Made by a program: the position numbers and the translations under genes. This document shows positions 44,814 through 53,896 of a stretch of 64,000 bases of DNA, piece after piece (the first letter of the stretch is position 1; each line of letters begins with the position of its first letter). The notes beneath the pieces are model-generated. The model did no database searches. It was not told the DNA's origin and saw nothing but the letters and a program-made list of their open reading frames with translations. This DNA comes from a bacterium. GTDB lineage: Bacteria; SM23-31. The stretch spans positions 3,136,001-3,200,000 of the forward strand of contig OZ252239.1 of assembly GCA_965249485.1 (NCBI GenBank), given 5' to 3'.

Positions 44814-45617
44814 TTAAAAAAACGTCATCTTGATAAAGGCGACAAACAGGAGGATTCCAAAGAGTTGACGGATCCGTTTTGTGGAGATTCTGGAATTGAG
44901 CCAGGTGCCGAGCGGCACACCGGTAATGGCGCCGATCATGAGGGGAATTCCAGTTGAGAGATATACGTATCCCAGTGCATGTTCCGGTATTAGTGGATCA
45001 TTCCATCCATTGTAAACATACCCCATCACACCGGCAAGTGCAGTAAAGCAAATAATCCCGCTCGATGTTCCGGGTACTTTGTCAACCGGAAACCGGAGAA
45101 AGAATATCATGACCGGGATTGTTATTATTCCTCCGCCTACTCCGACCATGACAGCGAACATAGCGGATACGAATCCGGTCAGCAGTAGTGCGAGAACATT
45201 AAACACTGGAATTCTATCATCAGAGACATTAACCTTATAAAACATTCTTACCGATGCAACTAACGACACGACTCCGAACAGTCTGAGCAGTATGTCACTT
45301 GACAGGTGTGCCGCGAACGTTGTTCCAACCAAAGCGCCGACGAAACTGGCAGCTGCAATTGGGAATACACAACGCCACAAAACACATCCCCGCTGATGAT
45401 ACCGGAATGCACTGAAGAGTACAACAAAGCTTACGACAAACATGTTTGTGCCAAAGAGAACATGTGATAATATGGATGGGTCGATTCCGAGTTGCGGATA
45501 GAGTATAATAAGGATGGGTGTCATGATCAGTCCGCCACCAACTCCGAGGTGCGAACCGATTGAACCTCCTAAAAAACCTACAGCAATGAGAAGAAAAACG
45601 AAAGTAAGAGGGAGCAC
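44814..45617 (-). CDS. TauE/SafE (TSUP) family permease
   Basis: Two GVGGG repeats, GTS motif and about 8 TM segments. Start at GTG 45617 is inferred. Confidence 0.9.
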   Translation of the reverse strand: MLPLTFVFLLIAVGFLGGSIGSHLGVGGGLIMTPILIILYPQLGIDPSILSHVLFGTNMFVVSFVVLFSAFRYHQRGCVLWRCVFPIAAASFVGALVGTTFAAHLSSDILLRLFGVVSLVASVRMFYKVNVSDDRIPVFNVLALLLTGFVSAMFAVMVGVGGGIITIPVMIFFLRFPVDKVPGTSSGIICFTALAGVMGYVYNGWNDPLIPEHALGYVYLSTGIPLMIGAITGVPLGTWLNSRISTKRIRQLFGILLFVAFIKMTFF

Positions 45618-45649
45618 AACTGCGGTAACCTTATACGCTGATGTTGATA

Positions 45650-45918
45650 TTGTTTCCGATTGAACTCTGGACCTTAGTAGCACTCCGGCCTATTGCTTCG
45701 ATCGTGGGCTGTGATAAACGTTGTAAATTTTGAGTGAATTCTGAATAACTCACTTTTCCTGATAACCGGATCCCCCGAACTCCCGGAGAACGGTCAGGCG
45801 CGCGCGGGACGGACCGGACGTCCATTTCCAACGAAGCGTAATGGACCGAAACTAATGTTTTGCGATACGGCTGTAATTTTTGCGGAGATTGGCATGATGG
45901 GTGTTTTTGTAGATGTTT
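45650..45918 (-). ncRNA. Candidate structured leader/ncRNA of unknown family
   Basis: Follows a strong promoter, is locally GC-rich, and shows several hairpins plus a long-range TCCGGTC/GGCCGGA helix. No family recognised. Confidence 0.45.
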
Positions 45919-45924
45919 TTAACC

Positions 45925-45953
45925 AATATAATCGTATTCTGTTCGTTTGTCAA
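45925..45953 (-). promoter_or_regulatory. Near-consensus sigma70 promoter
   Basis: TTGACA-17 nt-TATATT. Confidence 0.75.
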
Positions 45954-45977
45954 GTGAAATACGTGAATTGAAACGAT

Positions 45978-46529
45978 TTACAGCACATCAGATTCCTTGA
46001 AAATTTCTGCGGAAAATATCTGTATTTTTGTGTTTTTGTCTTTCCATGCGTCTTCAGACAGTCCTGCTTTCAGACAGGTATAATTCAAAAAAGATTCCCT
46101 GTTCCACTCGTTCTCAGTTGCAACTTGAGGCAGCAGTAATCCTTGATGAGGCGGCTGCTGAATGAAGAGTCCGTGTGTTCCGATTACAATTTCAGAAATA
46201 TCTGAAATTGTTTTAAATGGCGTTAACACCGATATTTCAATATCAATTTCATTGAACTCATCCGCAGTAAGAGGTGCAAACCGGTAATCACGTGAAGCAG
46301 CACTTTTCGTCATCTCAGAAATTGTTTCATATAGAGGACGATCGGATATGATAAGACCTATACATCCGCGCAGATTACCTTTATTGCGCAGCGTTACAAA
46401 TGCACCACTCTGCATTGAAAGTGCTTCTGAGGTGATCGAAATATCAGCGGCATCCTGAATTCCCAGAAGCTCCGACAGAGCATTACGGGCAATGTGAAAC
46501 ATTGCCTTTTTATCGTCAAGGGAAAACAC
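45978..46529 (-). CDS. AMMECR1 domain protein (AmmeMemoRadiSam protein A)
   Basis: GAFVTL...G.LRGCIG, D.RF.P, IEISVL, GLLLPQVA.E..W and C.KAGL motifs. Confidence 0.95.
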   Translation of the reverse strand: MFSLDDKKAMFHIARNALSELLGIQDAADISITSEALSMQSGAFVTLRNKGNLRGCIGLIISDRPLYETISEMTKSAASRDYRFAPLTADEFNEIDIEISVLTPFKTISDISEIVIGTHGLFIQQPPHQGLLLPQVATENEWNRESFLNYTCLKAGLSEDAWKDKNTKIQIFSAEIFKESDVL

Positions 46530-46583
46530 GAATCAGACCGTTCGTTAGATGTGTTTTACACTGAGAAGAATATTTCACCGATA

Positions 46584-47015
46584 TTAACTGTCTGAACTAT
46601 CTTCATCTTCAGATTCTCCAATAAGTTCTTCAATCTCTTCTATCATCCGGTTGATTTTAATCGGTTTTGCCATAAATATTCTAACCCCAAGCTGATAGAG
46701 CTCTTTAACCCTGATCTCACTGAGACTGCCGGACATCATAATGACAGGAATTTCACTCGCATTTAATTGAACGATTTTGAGAAATTCGAATCCATTCATT
46801 ACCGGCATTTGATAATCGGTAATAATCAATTCAATTTCATCTCTGTATTCATCAATCAACTTTAACGCTTGCTCAGGATGACCGGAAAGAAGACAATTAT
46901 ATCTTTTCTCAAGTTTTTTGAGCAAGAGCAGCCGAATTGGCTTTGTGTCATCTAAAATGAGTATAGTTTTTTTCTTTTTTTCGTCCACAGTAATTTGCTT
47001 TTTCCAAGTAGGCAA
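46584..47015 (-). CDS. Single-domain response regulator (CheY-like)
   Basis: ILILDD, ITDYQMPVMNG (phospho-Asp), IMMSG and AKP motifs; acidic tail; no output domain. Confidence 0.93.
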   Translation of the reverse strand: MPTWKKQITVDEKKKKTILILDDTKPIRLLLLKKLEKRYNCLLSGHPEQALKLIDEYRDEIELIITDYQMPVMNGFEFLKIVQLNASEIPVIMMSGSLSEIRVKELYQLGVRIFMAKPIKINRMIEEIEELIGESEDEDSSDS

Positions 47016-47214
47016 TGTCAGAATTGCATAACCTTATAAAAGATAAAAAGCATAGCAGGAAAAACAAAGAGAAAAGTTTCAAACCGTTGCTAAAGTAAGA
47101 ATATATGTCGAAAAATTAACTTTTTACTTTCATTTTGGACATGTATGCATTATATTGTCGCGCAGGTAATAGCCTTTGTATAAAAATATTTTCTAACAAC
47201 TCAAGGAAAGTATT

Positions 47215-47520
47215 ATGGCTGAACCCCTTGAACAAAGTGAAATTGATGATCTCTTAAATAGCGCCGGTGACTTTGATGATCCGGATATTGACGATTTGGG
47301 TACTGACGATTTGGATGAAAGTACCCCGCATAGAAAAATTGCAAACTTTAGAACCCCCGAAGAAAAACCGTTCAGGTTCAAATTCAGATATAAATCCCCG
47401 ATTGTCAAAAGCAACAGCTACCTCTTAAATCCTGATGAAGAAAACGATCCGGAATCTTCACAACCGGTTGTGCGCACTCTCAGTAATTACGCATACAATA
47501 AAAGAGCCCAAGACGATTAA
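47215..47520 (+). CDS. Small hypothetical protein with FliM-like N-terminal LxQxEIDxLL peptide
   Basis: AAGGA RBS; MAEPLEQSEIDDLLNS followed by an acidic linker. Confidence 0.75.
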   Translation: MAEPLEQSEIDDLLNSAGDFDDPDIDDLGTDDLDESTPHRKIANFRTPEEKPFRFKFRYKSPIVKSNSYLLNPDEENDPESSQPVVRTLSNYAYNKRAQDD

Positions 47521-47618
47521 GTACTAACTTTGTTGAATCCTCTACCGCTATATTACTTCTCTATTCTTTCCTGATACGCATGAACACTGTGTACTTCATT
47601 ATGAGGTAATAGTGTGCT

Positions 47619-48446
47619 TTAAAGTGAATTCTGCTTAAAGACAAGTTCCTGTGCGCGTCCGGCTGCTTTTATGACTGCTTTAATAAGTGTCACACGCAAT
47701 TTTCCTTCTTCGAGCTCCATCAGGCCGTCAATTGTACAGCCGGCAGGTGTTGTCACTTCATCTTTGAGAAGAGCAGGATGAGCTTTTGAATCGATTACTA
47801 ATTGGGCAGTGCCAAGCATTGTCTGTGCAACTAATTGAGTAGAAACATTTCGAGGGATTCCCAGCTTCACACCTGCTTCAGCGAGTGACTCAATTACTAC
47901 GTAAAGAAATGCAGGACCACTTGCCGATAATCCTGTTGCTCCATCCATGAGATGCTCATCGAGGACGGCCGTTTCACCTACTGATTGAAAAATGCTTTCC
48001 GCTATTTTTAAGTGCTTTTCTTTTGCATATTTTCCAGGAGATATTGCTGTCATGCCCTTATTAATCGCACTTGCAATATTGGGCATTGCCCGTATCACAG
48101 GATTCTTGCCATGTAACCTCTCTTCAACAAATCCGCAGGTAACTGAAGCAGCAACAGAAATAATAAGCTGATCCGGTGTCAGAGAATCAGAAAATCCCTT
48201 TAAGACTTTTTCCATATTCTGAGGTTTTACTGCAACAATAATAATATCACAACCTTTAACAAGCTTTTTATTATCGAGTGAAACATCAATATTTATCCGC
48301 TCACGTACCCGTGCAATAGATTTTCTATGAGCAACGGTACCTGCAATTTTGACACCTTTAAATGCCTTTTGCTTAACCATGCCTTTGATCAATGCTTCAC
48401 CCATCTTCCCTACTCCGACTACTGCAAGCTTTTTCCCTTTAAGCAT
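47619..48446 (-). CDS. proC: Pyrroline-5-carboxylate reductase
   Basis: GVGKMG, AVKPQ, RAMPN, SGPAF and V.TPAG.TI.GL motifs. Confidence 0.96.
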   Translation of the reverse strand: MLKGKKLAVVGVGKMGEALIKGMVKQKAFKGVKIAGTVAHRKSIARVRERINIDVSLDNKKLVKGCDIIIVAVKPQNMEKVLKGFSDSLTPDQLIISVAASVTCGFVEERLHGKNPVIRAMPNIASAINKGMTAISPGKYAKEKHLKIAESIFQSVGETAVLDEHLMDGATGLSASGPAFLYVVIESLAEAGVKLGIPRNVSTQLVAQTMLGTAQLVIDSKAHPALLKDEVTTPAGCTIDGLMELEEGKLRVTLIKAVIKAAGRAQELVFKQNSL

Positions 48447-48574
48447 TACGAAACTCCTTATCTGATGCTGCCTCTACATGATCAACATCTCTACTATATT
48501 TATATAATATTATTTTATTTCATTATTATAGAACATCTGTTATTTGATACTAACGTATGCTCTCTATATCACTA

Positions 48575-49624
48575 TTAAATAAATCCTTTTGTTTTCAGTA
48601 GTTCTGCGTTTAAAATCGCTGCACCTGCGGCACCACGAATGGTGTTGTGTCCCAATATGACAAATTTATAATCCAGAAGCGGACACGGTCGAATCCTACC
48701 GACAACGGAAACCATACCGTTTCCGAGATAACGATCGAGACGGGGCTGAGGTCGGTCGGCATAGAGAAGTAAGATAACCGGCTTGTCCGGTGCAGACGGA
48801 AGGTTCATATTCAGAAGCGGAGATGTATATTGAGAAAACGTATCTATTACCTCATTCTCAGCAGGTGATCTTCTCAACTTAACCGATACAGCAATCGTAT
48901 GACCATCACTTACATTTACTCGTGTACATTGAGCACTTATTCCGATATCTGCGGGATGAATAGCAGCATCCTTGAATAATCCGAATATTTTCTGCGGTTC
49001 TGATTCAACTTTGTCTTCTTCATTACCAATGTACGGGATCACGTTATCTATAATATCCATTGAAGACACGCCTGACTGACCGGCACCTGACAGTGCTTGT
49101 AGCGATGTGCTTTGAATCTTTTCAATCCCGAATGCCTGTTCGATCGGAGCCAATCCCAGCACCAGGGTGATGGTTGTACAGTTTGGGTTTGTTGCAATAA
49201 ATCCTTTTTCATAATTTCGCCGTTTTCGCTGATAATGGATTATATCACAGTGATCCGCATTGATTTCCGGTACCAGAAGAGGCACATCCTGAACCATTCT
49301 GAAATTGCTTGAGTTACTAATGACCGGATATCCGGCTTTTGCAAATGTCTCTTCTACTTCACCTGCCATGCTTGAGGGAAGGCTGGAAAAAACAAAATCA
49401 CAATCCAACTCTGGTTCGACAGGATTGACTTTCAAATTTTTCAATCTTTCCGGCATAAGCGTGGATAATCGCCAGAGACACGCTTCTTCATAGACTTTGC
49501 CGACCGATCTGTCTGATGCGGCTAATGTGGTAATTTCAAACCATGGATGATTTTCCAATAATTGGGCAAACCGCTGCCCAACAAGGCCGGTGGCACCAAG
49601 GATGCCAACTTTTATTTTATCCAT
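48575..49624 (-). CDS. asd: Aspartate-semialdehyde dehydrogenase (archaeal/eukaryotic-type)
   Basis: [23 protein letters not shown] and HNTIRGAAG motifs. Confidence 0.96.
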   Translation of the reverse strand: MDKIKVGILGATGLVGQRFAQLLENHPWFEITTLAASDRSVGKVYEEACLWRLSTLMPERLKNLKVNPVEPELDCDFVFSSLPSSMAGEVEETFAKAGYPVISNSSNFRMVQDVPLLVPEINADHCDIIHYQRKRRNYEKGFIATNPNCTTITLVLGLAPIEQAFGIEKIQSTSLQALSGAGQSGVSSMDIIDNVIPYIGNEEDKVESEPQKIFGLFKDAAIHPADIGISAQCTRVNVSDGHTIAVSVKLRRSPAENEVIDTFSQYTSPLLNMNLPSAPDKPVILLLYADRPQPRLDRYLGNGMVSVVGRIRPCPLLDYKFVILGHNTIRGAAGAAILNAELLKTKGFI

Positions 49625-50853
49625 TATAACATTCGACGATTAAGTTTATCAAGTTTAAATGCTTTATGCAATTCAACGATCGCAGTATCAGCATGTTCTT
49701 TCTCTATAACACAGGCTACGCGAATATGTGATGAACTGATAAGATCAATATTGATCTTATTTTTCGCCAATGTTCTGAACATCTTTGCAGCAACACCTGA
49801 TGTACTTGCTATACCTGAGCCGACAATTGAAACTTCAGCCATATCTGCAACACTGGAAACACGACCGGCATTAATTTTTCCTGAGAGATCTTCCAGGGTT
49901 TTGACGACTTTATCTTTATCGTCTCTCGAAACAAGCATTGCGATATCTGAAAACTTTCCGTCGCTCACACCCTGTATAATAAGTTGAATATTTACTTCGG
50001 ATCGGGAAATTTCTCCGAAAATTTTACCTGCGATTCCCGGTGAATCGGGAACCTGATGGATTGTGACTTTAGCAATTTCTTTATCTGCTGTCACACCGGT
50101 TATAGTTGCCGCCTCTAACATGTTACCTTCAATTATGGTTGTCCCTGTACCGGGAGAATGTGCTGGTTTTACTATCATCGGAATGCCGAACTTCATAACA
50201 ATTTCTACTGAGCGCGGATGGAGTACCTGCGCTCCACTCCCTGCGAGTTCCAGCATTTCTTCATACGAGATGCAGTCGAGCTTCACTGCATCCGGCACCA
50301 TTTTGGGGTTTGCCGTATATACCCCATCGACATCTGTGTAAATTTCGCAGCATTCGGCTTGAAGCGCTGCTGCCAATGCAGCACCCGTTGTGTCGGATCC
50401 TCCTCGTCCCAGTGTTGTGATTTCAGCACCTCGGCCAACACCCTGAAATCCGGCAACAATGACAATATACGAGTCATTCAATAAGTTAAGAATACGGTCA
50501 ACATTGATTTTCTTTATCTTAGCTCTGTTGTGCTGGTTATCTGTAATAATTCCGCTTTGCATACCGGTCAATGACATTGCGCGACCGCCTATATCCTGAA
50601 TTGCCATGGACAGCAGGGCTATTGAAACTTGTTCACCGGTAGAAAGAAGCATGTCTACTTCCCGTTGTGGCGGATTACTAGTAATCTCTGCAGCAAGTTC
50701 CACGAGCTTGTCGGTTGTATCGCCAACTGCAGACACAACAACCGCAATGGCTTTCCCCGTTTTCTGCCGATCGATAAGATTTCGGGCAATATTTTTTATC
50801 TTATCAGGAGTACTGAGTGAAGTACCTCCATATTTTTGAACTACTATCTCCAC
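49624..50853 (-). CDS. lysC: Aspartate kinase
   Basis: QKYGGTS, TLGRGGSDTT and IYTDVDGVY motifs; two ACT domains. Confidence 0.96.
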   Translation of the reverse strand: MEIVVQKYGGTSLSTPDKIKNIARNLIDRQKTGKAIAVVVSAVGDTTDKLVELAAEITSNPPQREVDMLLSTGEQVSIALLSMAIQDIGGRAMSLTGMQSGIITDNQHNRAKIKKINVDRILNLLNDSYIVIVAGFQGVGRGAEITTLGRGGSDTTGAALAAALQAECCEIYTDVDGVYTANPKMVPDAVKLDCISYEEMLELAGSGAQVLHPRSVEIVMKFGIPMIVKPAHSPGTGTTIIEGNMLEAATITGVTADKEIAKVTIHQVPDSPGIAGKIFGEISRSEVNIQLIIQGVSDGKFSDIAMLVSRDDKDKVVKTLEDLSGKINAGRVSSVADMAEVSIVGSGIASTSGVAAKMFRTLAKNKINIDLISSSHIRVACVIEKEHADTAIVELHKAFKLDKLNRRML

Positions 50854-50953
50854 CGTCTTATCCGTTCATCACATTTATTTATTTCATATTCTCGGTTTTC
50901 ACATCACTATCAATCGACATCAATACAACGACAATGTAGAAAAACAACTCCTT

Positions 50954-51229
50954 TTATCCGCCTGCAATAGCTGGTATTATCGACAAAGTATCACCATCCG
51001 AAACCGGAGTGTCTTTTCCGTTTTTAAATCGAACGTCCTCATCGTTTAAATAGAGATTAACAAATCTTCTGATTTCTCCTTTTTCATCGCAGAGACGGTC
51101 ACCAAACTCAGGAAATAACTGACGAAGATTGCCTATCACATCGCCAACGGTTTTGCCCTGAGCCTCTACAGATTTGTTATTCTCGGTGAGTTTTCTCATA
51201 GGCGTCGGAATTCTAACGGTTACTGCCAT
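50954..51229 (-). CDS. MoaD/ThiS/CysO-like ubiquitin-fold sulfur carrier
   Basis: VRIPT.MR, RRFVN.Y.N.EDVRF and C-terminal IIPAIAGG. Confidence 0.93.
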   Translation of the reverse strand: MAVTVRIPTPMRKLTENNKSVEAQGKTVGDVIGNLRQLFPEFGDRLCDEKGEIRRFVNLYLNDEDVRFKNGKDTPVSDGDTLSIIPAIAGG

Positions 51230-51240
51230 ATATATTCTCC

Positions 51241-52491
51241 TTAGTTCGCTCCGTTAATACTTAAAAATTGTTCGAAATCGTCAAGATTCTGCTTAATTCT
51301 CTGTAATGAGTGATTTTCACTTCTCAACGTTGATAATGTTTTCATTCCGCTGCCGGTAATGCAGAGAACTACCGAATCATTATGCGAAATTTTCCGGAGA
51401 TCGCGCAGCCGTTTGGCCGTGCTCACAACAACGCCGCCTGCCGGCTCCGACAATATCCCTTCACATTCCGCAAGTAGTTTTACTCCATTCATTACTTCAT
51501 CATCATCCGGATTCTCACCCCATCCTCCGGAATCTCTGATAGTCTTCAACGCATAATAACCGTCTCCCGGATCACCGACAGCAAGAGATGTAACGATTGT
51601 GTCTGGTTTCTCCACCGGAGTAACGGAATCGGCACTATTCTTCAGTGCATCTATAACCGGAGAACATCCTTGAGGCTGTGCTCCGTGAATTTTAATGTGG
51701 TTTTCCTCTACAAATCCAAGCGTTTTCAATTCTTCGAAAGCTTTGTGTAATTTCACAAGCAGTGCGCCGCTCGCGATTGGCACGATGACATGGCCTGGAA
51801 GTTTCCAACCGAGCTGCTCTGCGATTTCATAACCGATTGTTTTTGAACCTTCAGTATAGAAGGGGCGAAAATTGATATTCACAAATACCCATTCATACTG
51901 ATCAACAATTTCAGAACAGAGTCTATTGACGTCATCATACGTACCATCAACAGCTACAATGCTCGAGTTGTAAAAGTTTAATAGACTATCACTATCCCCA
52001 ATATAATCACCTGGGACAAAAACAAAACTGTTCATTCCACACACCGCGCCATACGCTGCAACTGAATGAGCAAGGCTACCTGTGCTGGAACAGGCTATCG
52101 TTTGATACCCAAACTCCTTTGCACTTTCAATCGCTGTTCCGACAACTCTGTCTTTAAACGAATGCGAATAGCAATTCACCGTATCGTTCTTAATCCATAC
52201 TTCTTTTATGCCCAGTTTATGCGCCAGGCGATCCGCATTTACAAGCGGTGTATATCCTACCGGCAACTCATAAACCGGTTCGGATACAGGCAACAATTCC
52301 CTGAAACGCCACATCGTAGGCTGCCGCTCTGAAATCTTTTCTTGGGTAATAGACGATTTGATTTTATCGTAATCATAGGCAATCTCAAGCGGCCCAAAAC
52401 AATACTCACAAAAATAAGCCGGTTGTTTTGGATAGCGATGACCGCATTCAATGCAACGCAAACCCTCACAATAAGAATCTTTATTAGCCAT
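51241..52491 (-). CDS. Threonine synthase-like PLP enzyme (fold type II) with N-terminal CxxC...CxxC
   Basis: G.TPL, SFKDR PLP lysine, EGSKT..YEIAEQLGW and ITGSG.K motifs; start at ATG 52491 preferred. Confidence 0.9.
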   Translation of the reverse strand: MANKDSYCEGLRCIECGHRYPKQPAYFCEYCFGPLEIAYDYDKIKSSITQEKISERQPTMWRFRELLPVSEPVYELPVGYTPLVNADRLAHKLGIKEVWIKNDTVNCYSHSFKDRVVGTAIESAKEFGYQTIACSSTGSLAHSVAAYGAVCGMNSFVFVPGDYIGDSDSLLNFYNSSIVAVDGTYDDVNRLCSEIVDQYEWVFVNINFRPFYTEGSKTIGYEIAEQLGWKLPGHVIVPIASGALLVKLHKAFEELKTLGFVEENHIKIHGAQPQGCSPVIDALKNSADSVTPVEKPDTIVTSLAVGDPGDGYYALKTIRDSGGWGENPDDDEVMNGVKLLAECEGILSEPAGGVVVSTAKRLRDLRKISHNDSVVLCITGSGMKTLSTLRSENHSLQRIKQNLDDFEQFLSINGAN

Positions 52492-52760
52492 ATAAATATA
52501 TGCACAAAACTCGCTCGGTTTTAGAAAAACACGGCAGTTCCGCACACGAAAACCAGTTTAATTTCTGATATGAAAATTTAAACTTATAAAATTACAAAAA
52601 TATAGAGATAATGTCAAGATGGATATAATGGAAATGAGGATGTTAGTGATATACAATTCAACAGCCTGAATCTGCTGATATGGACTTCGGATTGCAAGGA
52701 ATACACCGTGCAATTAAGGATTGGAGGTATGAAATTCACTTCTCAGATGTCCAATGTAAG

Positions 52761-53856
52761 CTATAATACAGCACACGAAAGGGAATAAATCGGAGGAAGC
52801 CATTGAGCAAGCACATCCCAGGAATCACCTTCATTTCGGCTGTACAATATTTGGCCCGTGCTTGTACCAACATAAATTCCACACGGATCACACGTATCAG
52901 CTGTCATGGCCTGCCTGAAAACATGGAGGTACGAATGTTTACCGGGGAGTCCGTTTTCGAGTTTTTCCCAATTACCGCCCCGGTTTTTACTGCGAAAGAC
53001 AGCAAACTCCCCATTAACCGGGCATCTGAAATCAGGTCCTTCTTCAGGGATAACATAGATAGTGTCTGGATCGTGCGGATGGATAGTGAGAGGAAAACCA
53101 AATCTTGACGGGAGTCCCTCGCTTATATCAATCCAGTCTTTGCCACTATTTTCACTCCGGTATACACCACAATGGTTCTGCTGGTACAGCAGCTCAGGTT
53201 TGGCCTGATGCGATTCCATGTGGTGGACACATTGCCCCACATACAGGAAATGTATCAGGCTGAAAATCAGCCAGAACACCTTTGTTTCTCGGTTCCCACG
53301 TTGATCCTCCGTCTTCCGTAAAGAAAGCTCCTGCTGCCGATATCCCGACAGATAGCTTTTGCAAATCAACAGGGTTGGTACAGACGGAATGGACCATCAA
53401 GCCACCGACACTAGGCTGCCATTTACCGCGGGAATAATGGTTCGTCAATCCACTTATCTCTTTCCATGTATTTCCGTTATCATCTGAGCGAAATAAGGCT
53501 GCCGGATCGACTCCTGCATACAAAACATTCGGTGCCGCACTACCTCCCGTTTCAATACACCATATTCGCTTAACCGTATAGTCTGATTTATCACCGAATT
53601 TCGGTTCAGATTCAGAGTTAATCCACGTTTCACCAAAATCACTGCTTATTTTTTTGTTCGATCCCCAAAACGGGGAATTTACACACGCAAACAAACGTGT
53701 GCTATTTCGGGAGTCAACTATCAAGTGATTGACATCATCACCCTTGAGATAAGGACCGTGCGGTTCCCAATCTTCACGTTCAGGTGTACCGGTAAACCTG
53801 AACGCACCTTTATGCGTTCCAGCAAATAAATGGACCGATCTATGTGTTTGTGCCAT
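52761..53856 (-). pseudogene. BNR/WD40-YVTN beta-propeller (sialidase-like) protein split by a frameshift
   Basis: Asp-box repeats (SSDFGETW, RSDDNGNTW, SENSGKDW, SRNEGDSW) span two ORFs. Removing one base from GTAT at 53241-53244 restores FPDVGQCVH. Confidence 0.85.
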
Positions 53857-53896
53857 GATGACCTCAATGATTCTTACTGTACTTAATGAATTATAT

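Noticed and set aside
45620..45640. TAAGGTTACCGCAG as a T-box antiterminator
   Set aside because: Lacks the UGGN bulge core, a terminator and stem I motifs.
45631..45831. 66-aa minus-strand ORF and the long N-terminal extension of the TauE ORF
   Set aside because: Both run through the hairpin-rich leader, lack an RBS and are not protein-like.
52495..52620. Possible SAM or lysine riboswitch before the thrC-like operon
   Set aside because: Only a weak GGTTTT/AAAACC stem; no SAM-I or lysine riboswitch core motifs seen.
52721..52790. Plus-strand GGAGGT-ATG 19-codon ORF
   Set aside because: Very short and overlaps the 3' end of the BNR gene in antisense; probably chance.
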